Source: Macrostomum lignano (lineage: Eukaryota). From it: a stretch of DNA of 64,000 bases. Where the stretch lies: contig NIVC01001021.1 of the NCBI GenBank assembly GCA_002269645.1, forward strand, positions 1 to 64,000, written 5' to 3'. Under the pieces are notes generated by a model. That model was not told where the DNA came from, did not search any database, and saw only the letters and a program-made list of their open reading frames with translations. Shown piece by piece: positions 11,163 to 19,391 of the stretch (positions are counted from its first letter, which is position 1; every line of letters starts with the position of its first letter). The translations under genes were made by a program, and so were the position numbers.

Positions 11163-11735
11163 TTATTCAATGGAAAGAACTACATTGAGTAGACGCATGC
11201 TATCGGTATGCAACTGATTCAAGGACCGAGCTCCACTGAGAACAAAAGAGCCGCTGTGAAAAAGCAGACATTTACAAAAGTTTAAATTGAAAATTAAAGC
11301 AGAAAAGGATTCTGGTTCATATTCGGCGTTTGGGATAATTGATTTTAACATTAATAAGGAAAGTGCGGAATGAACTGGGAGCTGTCCATGAGCAGTAATA
11401 GTTTTAATTCGAACACAAATTGTTTGATGAGGCAGCAGTTGAGCCGGCACTCTCCGATGCAGCATAGCCACGAAGCGACGGGCAGCCCTTTTGGCGTCTG
11501 CGTGGGTCTTGGCACCGCAGATGCTCAGTTGCCCAGTAGGGTAGAGTAGGAGAGTCACTCTGGGAATCCGCATCCGCTTGATGAGCACCCGGGGCCAGAC
11601 GGGCCGGTAGATCACATGAGCCATGCTGAGAGCCAGTTCCCGTAGAGGCAGCTGAGCGCCCCTGCCACCATCCAGTCTCAGATCTACTCCGCCAACCAGA
11701 TTGGTCACTCTTAGGGCTGTAGCTGGTGGGCTCAT
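11163..11735 (-). CDS. Divergent TATA-binding protein (TBP)-fold protein, ~190 aa from the first ATG
   Basis: Two TBP-like repeats by eye: TNLVG...YRPVWPRVLIKRMRIPRVTLLLYPTGQLSICGAK and EYEPESFSALIF...CLLFHSGSFVLSGAR, compared with TBP NIVS...[34 protein letters not shown] and YEPELFPGLIY...LLIFVSGKVVLTGAK. ORF track start 11774 is a TTG. Confidence 0.85.
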   Translation of the reverse strand: MSPPATALRVTNLVGGVDLRLDGGRGAQLPLRELALSMAHVIYRPVWPRVLIKRMRIPRVTLLLYPTGQLSICGAKTHADAKRAARRFVAMLHRRVPAQLLPHQTICVRIKTITAHGQLPVHSALSLLMLKSIIPNAEYEPESFSALIFNLNFCKCLLFHSGSFVLSGARSLNQLHTDSMRLLNVVLSIE

Positions 11736-12255
11736 TTCGATCGTCAACTTCTTCACCAAATCTGCTTCTGCCAACTTTACTGCTCGTGTGCCACGGACAC
11801 TGCTCGCTTCTTAAGTTGATGCAGAACTTTGGCTTAAGCCAACTGTAGTGCAGCAACGAATTTCTCACTGCACAGCCAGTATCTGAATCTTCAGTCGAGG
11901 GTGCTCCCAAATCTTCTAGGTTATAAACCTGTCTTCCAAGCAGCTCAGTCAGAAAAATCGACTTCCTTTCCCCATTTGACCAGATCGGACCACTGGCAAT
12001 GCTCAGAATGTCTTCCGCCAGTTCCATGTACGGACGGGTTCCATCATTCCACTTAAACTGGTGCAGACTCTTAGATAGCTGTCTGTAGTAAACTCGCATG
12101 TCAGGTGAGACTCTCTCCCATGGATACGGAGGTGCGTACACATGGTGAGCAATGTGGTAGCTCCCCGCTCTGATTTGAACAACTGCCAACTCCTTCACAA
12201 CAAATTTTTTGCTTGTGCTGTTGCACGGGAATCCTTGGAAGTCAATGTAGTTCAT
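11404..12255 (-). CDS. DnaQ/DEDD exonuclease-like Polinton accessory protein; its C-terminal ~110 aa overlap the TBP-like gene in another frame
   Basis: N-terminal IDFQGF...FVVKELAV, PPYPW, HQFKWNDG, NLEDLG and CAVRN resemble the RNase H-like/DnaQ-like ORFs found in invertebrate Polintons; family call is from pattern recall, not a search. Confidence 0.6.
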   Translation of the reverse strand: MNYIDFQGFPCNSTSKKFVVKELAVVQIRAGSYHIAHHVYAPPYPWERVSPDMRVYYRQLSKSLHQFKWNDGTRPYMELAEDILSIASGPIWSNGERKSIFLTELLGRQVYNLEDLGAPSTEDSDTGCAVRNSLLHYSWLKPKFCINLRSEQCPWHTSSKVGRSRFGEEVDDRNEPTSYSPKSDQSGWRSRSETGWWQGRSAASTGTGSQHGSCDLPARLAPGAHQADADSQSDSPTLPYWATEHLRCQDPRRRQKGCPSLRGYAASESAGSTAASSNNLCSN

Positions 12256-12355
12256 GATGCAGCTTTCCTTCGAAAATTTCGGAGTCAGTCCACCTTCTTA
12301 TATACTTTTCTGGCAGGCAATTTCAGCCAGGCTGTGTTGCTCCCGTACCCCTTGA

Positions 12356-12976
12356 CTAGACTCTCCTGTTCTTTCTCCAGTTCACCCCTCTGCTGGTTGC
12401 CATTTTCTTCTTAACTGATTTACCAACAGCGGAAAGCGGAACATTAAGCTTTTTCTGCTGCAGAAAATCGATGAACTCGTTCCACCCAACTGGTTCACGC
12501 TCACATGGCGAATCCCTCACTGTGTGCTGAATCAAGTCCAGTATGTTTGAGGAAGGGATTGACGTGCCTGCGATTTCCACCTCCCCGTTTTCACAAACTC
12601 GAATCAGCTCTGGATTGGTGGACAGGATCGTCCACAGACTGCGAGCCCTGGTTTTGAATTTCTGTGGCACCGACTTGCTGATCTTCTCTTCCCAGGTGCT
12701 TATCTGGGGTGTCTCTGTTTTCATCAACTTGGCTTCAGTATTGCGTGCTCCTTCTTTTCCAGCGTGCTTGCGCTTGGCCAGCAAACTTTGCATTGCACTT
12801 TGGTACATGGCGGTTTTCACATCTTCTGGACAATCCTCGGCATACAAGATGTCATCGCATTTCTTCTGAGCCTGCTTCAAGTCAGCTTCAGTGGTAGTCT
12901 CATTTGGCTTCAAATTCTGCATCAACATCTCATACTCTGCTTTAGGAATCAGAACCATTTCTGAAAATTTGTTCAT
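12356..12976 (-). CDS. Conserved Polinton hypothetical protein, 206 aa
   Basis: MVLIP N-terminus and GEVEIAGTSIPSSNILDL...PVGWNEF...NVPLSAVG C-terminal block, a pattern I recall from Polinton ORFs; co-directional in the gene cluster. Confidence 0.7.
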   Translation of the reverse strand: MNKFSEMVLIPKAEYEMLMQNLKPNETTTEADLKQAQKKCDDILYAEDCPEDVKTAMYQSAMQSLLAKRKHAGKEGARNTEAKLMKTETPQISTWEEKISKSVPQKFKTRARSLWTILSTNPELIRVCENGEVEIAGTSIPSSNILDLIQHTVRDSPCEREPVGWNEFIDFLQQKKLNVPLSAVGKSVKKKMATSRGVNWRKNRRV

Positions 12977-13280
12977 TTTGCTTCTTCTTCTTTACCAGCT
13001 TAAGCAGAATCGGGAGTATTTTGATGAAGCCAGCCTTCAACAAGTCTGTCTTTCTTCTTTTGTGAGTAATTTTTCGAATTATCTCTTTTGACTTTGCAAG
13101 AACAGCTTTTTCATCGAGCGAAAACGATAGATTGTTTTGTAAGAGATTATGGCAGGCCTCGACAAGAAAATAACGCACTTCTTTTGGACAATTTTTTATC
13201 AACAGCCGCTTGAAGCGCACGGTATATTTAGGTGACGCAAGAACCGCAAAAAGACTTGCATATGAATCAAGCACTTCCAT
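12942..13280 (-). CDS. Small conserved Polinton protein (~112 aa) with a C-terminal GF-hydrophobic amphipathic helix
   Basis: EACHNLLQNNL...KAGFIKILPILLKL resembles the common Polinton EC..N.L.GN...GGFL protein; ATG at 13280. Confidence 0.65.
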   Translation of the reverse strand: MEVLDSYASLFAVLASPKYTVRFKRLLIKNCPKEVRYFLVEACHNLLQNNLSFSLDEKAVLAKSKEIIRKITHKRRKTDLLKAGFIKILPILLKLVKKKKQNEQIFRNGSDS

Positions 13281-13321
13281 TGCGATGAAAACAATAGCTG
13301 ATAAAAACAAGCTTCACTTTC

Positions 13322-13968
13322 TTAAGCAAATACAAGATGGGGTCGCTGGTTGGGCAGAATTCTGGCCCGCACTCGCAGCTCATCGGGAGTTGATGGGTGA
13401 AAGTCTAGGAACAGGTAGGCTCCCCTGCCCTGCGCGGTCACGTGCTTGAACACTGACAGCAGAAAGCCGGGCTTCTCTGTAAAGCACTGCCTGCCCAGTG
13501 CTGCAATCTGCAGCTGGTCTCGGGGTTTTTCAAGATAGCTAAGTACATTACATTCAAGCTCATTGTTCGCGACTCTTTTCCCTTGAAAAATATATTCTGA
13601 GTCAGCATCACCAAAAAGCACGGCAAGTGATGTGCGATTCCTGTGAAAAAATTTCGCATTGAAGCAGAGTTTGAAGTTTCCTCTATTAAGTCATCGAAAA
13701 CAACCAGGTCATTGGGCCTAAGTGCTGCCTCGATGTTGGTGGGAAATCCCTGGCGCAGCTGCACACCTAGGCTGTTCAGTTCTGCATGGCCTGCCTGTGA
13801 GATCCCATAGTACCACAGAACTCTGCCAGGCTTCACATCAAACATGACGTCTCTGTACTGGATCAGGTGTTCGACAAAGGTTGTTTTTCCTGCATTGGTG
13901 GGCCCGCAGACAATCATGCAGCTTCCCTGCCTGAGGCGGATATCGTAGCAAACTTGCTTTTCTCCCAT
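13322..13968 (-). CDS. ATP: A32/FtsK-like packaging ATPase, split by a single -1 frameshift at ~13522-13525 as assembled
   Basis: Walker A GPTNAGKT, Walker B VVFDD, LTQN and ESRTMSLN in one frame; PRDQLQI...YLFLDFHP...ELRVR continues in the -1 frame. Adding one C to the AAAAACCCC run gives a 215 aa protein. Confidence 0.92.
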
Positions 13969-13991
13969 GTTTAATGCATAAATATTAGAAA

Positions 13992-14504
13992 TCACGGACA
14001 TCTTTTTCTTAAGTTGGCTTCAAACCTCTGTAAGATTCTATCATTCAAATGATTTTTCTCATTAGCATGCAAATGCTTCAAAATCCCCTCAAATGACCGA
14101 TTGAACAGAAACTTTTGATAAGCAAAATAGATGCAAAACATTCCGCATTTATTAGAGTTAGCACATTGAACTCTGTTTATATTGCTTCGGAGCCAAAAGC
14201 CAGTTGTTTTAATCTCTCGAAACAAATTATAAACCAAAGATAAAATTTCAGGTTCCCAGCCGAGGGAGTTGAACAACTCAATGCGATTTCCTTGCCCAAC
14301 ATAGCACACCACCCAGTGACCAAATGAGCCATTGTGCTGAAGTAGGACAAAAACAAACTTGTTTTCAAAGGAAATTGATGATCTAAATTTTCTTTTTACA
14401 TTCAAGGGCAGAGAATTTTTATAGCGCAAATGTAAAGTAACTATGAGAAATTTTTGGTAAGGCAAAAATTTTCTGGCGAGATTAAGTAGTTGAATTGCAT
14501 CCAT
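13992..14504 (-). CDS. PRO: Adenain-like (clan CE) cysteine protease
   Basis: GHWV (His), FNSLG (usual Asp position is Asn), RVQ (oxyanion Gln), KCGMFC (catalytic Cys). Confidence 0.9.
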   Translation of the reverse strand: MDAIQLLNLARKFLPYQKFLIVTLHLRYKNSLPLNVKRKFRSSISFENKFVFVLLQHNGSFGHWVVCYVGQGNRIELFNSLGWEPEILSLVYNLFREIKTTGFWLRSNINRVQCANSNKCGMFCIYFAYQKFLFNRSFEGILKHLHANEKNHLNDRILQRFEANLRKRCP

Positions 14505-14509
14505 GTCAA

Positions 14510-15793
14510 TTAAGAGGAATAGTCCAGCAAAAGCTCTCGGTGCTTGGTGACCTCAATCAGCGAGTCATACAGGCACATAGCAATCAGGGACACCGCTTCA
14601 TTCAGAGCCTGTTGGAAGCGAATCTCCAGCCGCAGGTTGCCCTCCTTCTGTCCGTACCACAGAGCCGCTCCCTCGGGTGTGAGATCGAATGCAAACACCG
14701 TGGTGTTGTTGGAGAAGAGCTGGTAGGGGATCCACGGGACCGAGTTTGTGTGGCTTGCAGATTGACAGCTTTTCAGGTAGTGCAAGTATTCTCTTACGAA
14801 GGAATTGTTTTCAGGTGTGAAGGCGCCGTGGCACACGGTTTCCCCACCTTTCTTTAGAGCCAATCGGCTAAGGTTGAAGCTCTGGAACTGTAACGGGCTC
14901 GCGTGATGATGACCGTTGAATGCTCGGTGGCTCACGAAGGCCAGCATGATGAACTTCGGCAATTTTCCATGAGTGAATCCTTCAATGTTTTTTGACTGAA
15001 TACCCTGGGGTAGGATGAAGTTCTGCATTTCAGTTCGCTCGATGGGATACAGTGCATTTTGGTTTGTCAGCCCCTGCTCATGGGCCAGGCTGATGTGGGG
15101 CATCACTTTGACTCGGCGAAGATGCAGAATGCTGTGAGAGATTTCCATTCGGTATGCCGCGTTGTTTGCATTCGGGGTTCTGATGGCAAAGGCCCCATCG
15201 CTGGGGACCAGTTTGATGTGCAGGTGCAGATTGCTTAGCAGAAACACTGGGCACTGGAAAACATCGCTGAAGAGCGGCCCCGCATACTCCATCCATTGGG
15301 ATTCCCTGTGGCTCTCCGTGTGCTCTTCAGCTGCCGAGTTCGGCTCCAGGAAGCCAGCAGGGTAAAGTTTTAGTTGCTGGGCATCGGATGAGCTCATTAG
15401 TGCTTTGAAGTACGCATGGTAGGGATAGAGCTGGTCTCCACCAGACACCACTCGCTGGTTAATGCTCACAATTACATCTGAGAAGGCTGTAGACAGAACA
15501 AAATTTTCTGGGTGCACGTCACTGTCTCTGCGCTCGGTGATGATGCCATCTCCATCTCGAACATCCTCCCTCAGCAAACCCCCATCCAGTCTCACAAGGC
15601 GGCAGCGAATATAAAGAAAAGAATTAAGCAGATCTGTATATTCATCGGCAGATTGGTGGCAGTCAAATTCAATGGGAGAGTTTGCAACAATGGAATTAAC
15701 TGGGTGAATATCAACATAAGTAGCTTTTTCAATGCAGGTTTGTAGAACGGGCGTCTTAAATAAATCAAGTCTGGGATTGAATCCGTAAGCCAT
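14510..15793 (-). CDS. MCP: Major capsid protein (double jelly-roll, Polinton PY/hexon-like)
   Basis: LDLFKTPVLQTCIE...PIEF...YTDLLNSFLY, GPLFSDVF and FAFDLTP motifs; 427 aa; adjacent to the protease and penton genes. Confidence 0.92.
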   Translation of the reverse strand: MAYGFNPRLDLFKTPVLQTCIEKATYVDIHPVNSIVANSPIEFDCHQSADEYTDLLNSFLYIRCRLVRLDGGLLREDVRDGDGIITERRDSDVHPENFVLSTAFSDVIVSINQRVVSGGDQLYPYHAYFKALMSSSDAQQLKLYPAGFLEPNSAAEEHTESHRESQWMEYAGPLFSDVFQCPVFLLSNLHLHIKLVPSDGAFAIRTPNANNAAYRMEISHSILHLRRVKVMPHISLAHEQGLTNQNALYPIERTEMQNFILPQGIQSKNIEGFTHGKLPKFIMLAFVSHRAFNGHHHASPLQFQSFNLSRLALKKGGETVCHGAFTPENNSFVREYLHYLKSCQSASHTNSVPWIPYQLFSNNTTVFAFDLTPEGAALWYGQKEGNLRLEIRFQQALNEAVSLIAMCLYDSLIEVTKHRELLLDYSS

Positions 15794-15795
15794 GT

Positions 15796-16173
15796 CTATG
15801 ACAGAGAGTCGAGCACGCGTTTCACAGTTTTCTTGCTGACTTTTTGCTTTCGCTTTCCTCCGCCTGCTCTATTCTTCTTTGCTTTCGTCTTCCTATTCTT
15901 AAGCTTTTTCCCACTAGCCTTGCTCGACCTCTTACTGCGATTTCCACCAGTTGCCTTTCGGGTGCCCTTCTTTTTCTTCAATCGTTTCGGACTTGCTTCA
16001 GTATTTCTTTTGCGCCTGACGTTGCTAAGCGTCGAGGCTGATGATGATGATATAGCCGCTGGCGGAGGCTGGTATGTCATGATCCCTGGGAAGCTCCCAC
16101 AGCCATAGAGTGCAGGCTTTTCGTGTCCTGTCCTCACCCCCGAATATTGCTGGATTAGCTGCTGGTAGTTCAT
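15796..16173 (-). CDS. Basic Lys/Arg-rich core-like protein (~125 aa)
   Basis: ATG overlaps the penton stop (ATGA at 16170-16173); LYGCG motif near the N-terminus followed by a very K/R-rich tail; stop lies 2 nt before the MCP ATG. Confidence 0.75.
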   Translation of the reverse strand: MNYQQLIQQYSGVRTGHEKPALYGCGSFPGIMTYQPPPAAISSSSASTLSNVRRKRNTEASPKRLKKKKGTRKATGGNRSKRSSKASGKKLKNRKTKAKKNRAGGGKRKQKVSKKTVKRVLDSLS

Positions 16174-16988
16174 TGAATGCGTTTCTCCTGAATTTGAACT
16201 GTAAGCAGAACAGGGCTGTGAGTCTGTGCAATCAGTGGGCAACCATAGATGTCCCGCAGCTGAACTCGAATGCTGTGAAGAAGACTGATTCGTTGAATCG
16301 GGAAGAATATTGTTTTCTTAAATATTTTTGTTTGATAGTTGCCCCATTCAATGCCAGCTTTCATTCCAACTGTTCTCAACAAGGAGCTCCAGTTGCAATT
16401 AGTTGACTCAACGATACTGCAGTGCACATTGATTAAGCTGGTGCGCGGGCAGCCAATGCAATGCTCGGATACGCGGCTCCCTGGCTGGATTTTCACAGCC
16501 TGGTTTCCAAATCCCAGCCAATGCAGAATTTTACTAGATGGAAGAAACAGCTCTGCTCTCGCAGTGTTGTTGTGCACCACAGTTCGTGAGTTGCGGATTT
16601 CGAACTTCATACCAAATTCCCTGTTGCCACTACGCCCCATCAGGCCGGACTCATCAGCCTCCATCTCAGACTCCCTGTCACTCATTGCATCAAAGAACAG
16701 CGAATCAGAGTTGGCCAGCAGCTCATTCAGGCGCTCCACCAGCTCCTCCACTCTAGCAAAGCGTCCGGGTTGAAGAACCAGGGCCTCATGCTCTCTTCCA
16801 TCTGAGACAGTGAAGCAGTAAGGCTCGTCAACATTGAACCATGCAGCAGGCAGATGGATTTCAGCCAGACCTGCCTCATAGTCCACATTTCGATCCAAGT
16901 AAATAGGTGAAGGCAGGTAAAAATTAAAGTCACTAGGAGTACCTTCAGCATGCTCACTGTTAATCAAAATAGTTCGCATTATAATCAT
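16170..16988 (-). CDS. mCP: Minor capsid protein (penton-like, Polinton PX)
   Basis: TPSDFNFYLPSPIYL...YEAGLAEIHLPAAWFNV N-terminus and VHCSIVE...LLRTV...IRVQLRD C-terminus. Confidence 0.88.
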   Translation of the reverse strand: MIIMRTILINSEHAEGTPSDFNFYLPSPIYLDRNVDYEAGLAEIHLPAAWFNVDEPYCFTVSDGREHEALVLQPGRFARVEELVERLNELLANSDSLFFDAMSDRESEMEADESGLMGRSGNREFGMKFEIRNSRTVVHNNTARAELFLPSSKILHWLGFGNQAVKIQPGSRVSEHCIGCPRTSLINVHCSIVESTNCNWSSLLRTVGMKAGIEWGNYQTKIFKKTIFFPIQRISLLHSIRVQLRDIYGCPLIAQTHSPVLLTVQIQEKRIQ

Positions 16989-17016
16989 AAACTACATGAT
17001 GAGGGCTGTGCCAAAG

Positions 17017-18087
17017 CTAAACCTTTCTTAAGTCTTTTTCATCCACCCAGCCAGTCGAGTCGTAGCCCGCCCATTTCACCAGATAGCGAATTTTTCCCTT
17101 CCGCTTCTCCGTTTTCAGGATCTTCTCAATCACATACAGCCGCTGTGAGTCCGGGACAGCCTGCAGCTCGTGCTCATGGAAGAGTCCTCGAATCTCTTGC
17201 CCCCGCATGTCTTTAATCTTGTACATGTAGGGATAATGTTTTGGGGCTCTGCTCACCACGGTGTACACTTCCTCACTCCAGCTCGCTTTGTATCCCTTTT
17301 TGAATATCCGTGGAGCATTGGAAATTCTCACTGACTGGTTTTCAGCGAACTTAGGCTTCTTTAATTTTTCTAGAGTCTCGACTGCTTTTCCATCGTACAG
17401 GTTCATCCACACTTCAGATTCATTCTCTTTGCAGACACTAGTGGGTGCCATTTTGATGCTTCTGTGGTAGGTATTGTTGTAGGATTTTACCAGCTTAGGC
17501 AGCACATCAAGCCAGTGCAGTGTGCTCTTGTAGGTGAAGTAGCGCCACATTCTACTTTTCAGAGTTCGATTCCATCGCTCAATGACAGCTGCCTTCTGCT
17601 CGCTGTTAGTTGGGAAAGCCAGAATCCCTCTGTCAATGCAGTATTGACGGAAAGTGGAGTTGATAAATTCCTTCCCCTGATCTGTGCGAACTGTGCGTGG
17701 CTGGCGCTTTGAACTTCTCAGTATGCTCTCGAATGCTGACTTCACTTCTGCAGCAGATTTATTTTTCAGTGCCTTGGCCCAAGCACATTTTGAGAGCACG
17801 TCAATGCATGTGAGAATATATTTGTAGCCTTTATTATGCTTTGCGAATGGAATCATTTCCACTAAGTCAAGTTCCCACTGATCATCGATTGCGCGCACTA
17901 TGATTGGGGCCCTTGGATATCGCCTCCTAGCTGGCTTGTGCAGAGTGTGCACTGGCTGCTCGCTGAGCCACTGCTCAATGCTCTTTGCAGATATTCGATC
18001 ACCTCTTTGCCTCACTTCATGCAGCAACTTTGAGGCACAAGAAAAACTAGCCGGTTGCTCAGGTTTCAAATAAATTTTCTCCATCAT
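17017..18087 (-). CDS. INT: Retroviral-like (RVE) integrase with a C-terminal chromodomain
   Basis: DDE triad in WELDL, RTDQGKEF and VIERWNRTLK; YVIEKIL...RYLVKWAGYD...WV chromodomain. Confidence 0.96.
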   Translation of the reverse strand: MMEKIYLKPEQPASFSCASKLLHEVRQRGDRISAKSIEQWLSEQPVHTLHKPARRRYPRAPIIVRAIDDQWELDLVEMIPFAKHNKGYKYILTCIDVLSKCAWAKALKNKSAAEVKSAFESILRSSKRQPRTVRTDQGKEFINSTFRQYCIDRGILAFPTNSEQKAAVIERWNRTLKSRMWRYFTYKSTLHWLDVLPKLVKSYNNTYHRSIKMAPTSVCKENESEVWMNLYDGKAVETLEKLKKPKFAENQSVRISNAPRIFKKGYKASWSEEVYTVVSRAPKHYPYMYKIKDMRGQEIRGLFHEHELQAVPDSQRLYVIEKILKTEKRKGKIRYLVKWAGYDSTGWVDEKDLRKV

Positions 18088-18407
18088 GGGTTTATCAAGA
18101 TACGTGCCTATCCACCTGCTCTAGCTGTACAGTATTTTTTCTTAAGTAGAAATTTATATTCCAATTAAATGATAGAGAAACGAGTGGCAAATTAATTTAT
18201 TACTGTCAGATTGAAACCTCTAACATCGTAACAGTCGGTGTATTTTCCGAAAGCAAACAATCCATAAAAACGAACACTAAAACACTCGCACACCAGCATT
18301 TCAGAAATAGCAGAGATAAAAAACAGCATAGTGCCGTCAGGCTGGATAATCATGTGCAAGCTAAAAGTAATTTAGTTAGTCCAATGCATTCAAAGCATTC
18401 TAGCTGT

Positions 18408-19184
18408 TCAGTTATCAAAGCGAACATTGGGCTGCAGCCTCATCGCGTCCTGCCGACGAAGTTGAAATGGCAGCTTTCGCTTCCTGCTGCTGCTGCTCAC
18501 CGTCGAAGCCGCTGCATGCGCCCTGAACTGATACCACACCGGATCTTCCTCAAGGTTGGTGTCCCGCTGCGGAAGCAGTCCAGCATCAGAATCAACCGAA
18601 GGTATCGGTGTGGATGTGATTGGCTCAGTCACAATGCGCGGCCTTGTGGGCGAGCTAACGTCCTCGTCATCAGCATGATCTCCGCCCTCATCAGTCTCCA
18701 TTATGGGCTTCGTGTCCTGGTCAGCCTCCAACTTGAGCTTCTTGTCCTCTTCCTCCTCTTCCTCATCAGACTCCAGCTCGTACTGCATTGTGTTCCTCAA
18801 GGGAGCCACCAGCTGACCGTCGATCCAGGAGGCGATTTTCCAGAGCTTCTGCCACAGCGGCGGAGTCAGTGGTACGGCGTTTCGTCTCAAAAACTCCTCG
18901 CAGCAATCTTCCGGCAGCCGTTTGAGCCAAATGATGCCGCCTTTGACTTCCACAAACTTATCGAAGCCGAGTTTCACGACCTTGGGCTCGTTGTTGCGTG
19001 CAGAAATCACAAGTGAGCGTTTCACCTCCTTCAATTTCTTCCATTGGTGAACATTCAGGTTGAATCCTGGGACGCCTGGCTTCAGACTTGCCGTGCTGCC
19101 GTGTCGGTAAAATTTGCGAATAGCGATAAATTTTTGTCCTTCAAACTCCTGGACTTGTGCCTTATAGCCTTCACAGATGTCCAT
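18408..19184 (-). CDS. Protein with tandem PC4 (Sub1)-like ssDNA-binding domains, an acidic linker and a basic C-terminus
   Basis: VQEFEGQKFIAIRKFY...KPGVPGFNLNVHQWKKLKE aligns by eye with PC4 VREFKGKVLIDIREYW...KPGRKGISLNPEQWSQLKE; a second degenerate copy ends VPLTPPLWQKL. Confidence 0.8.
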   Translation of the reverse strand: MDICEGYKAQVQEFEGQKFIAIRKFYRHGSTASLKPGVPGFNLNVHQWKKLKEVKRSLVISARNNEPKVVKLGFDKFVEVKGGIIWLKRLPEDCCEEFLRRNAVPLTPPLWQKLWKIASWIDGQLVAPLRNTMQYELESDEEEEEEDKKLKLEADQDTKPIMETDEGGDHADDEDVSSPTRPRIVTEPITSTPIPSVDSDAGLLPQRDTNLEEDPVWYQFRAHAAASTVSSSSRKRKLPFQLRRQDAMRLQPNVRFDN

Positions 19185-19391
19185 TTTCCTTTCGCAATTG
19201 AAAACTCACAAAAGTTAAAAGCTGAGGAAAATTTCGGATGAAATTTTGGATTTGAAAAATTGAGAATTCTTTCTTGTCAATTTCGGGGCTTATATACCCT
19301 CGACCGAACCACCCCAAACCACCCATCCCACTCCGGGCTCTGTGATTGGCTCTTTCGCAAACATTATTTCCAATTACATAGATTAACATCT

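Noticed and set aside
11736-11774. ORF-track N-terminal extensions for the TBP-like gene (TTG), ATPase (GTG at 14001), core protein (16242) and the 12942 ORF (13310)
   Set aside because: They rely on non-ATG or overlapping upstream starts; the downstream ATGs give lengths matching the domains
13520-13535. Programmed -1 ribosomal frameshift in the ATPase
   Set aside because: G AAA AAC is not a canonical X XXY YYZ heptamer, I saw no convincing downstream structure, and the same C-run loss occurs in a host gene; an indel is simpler
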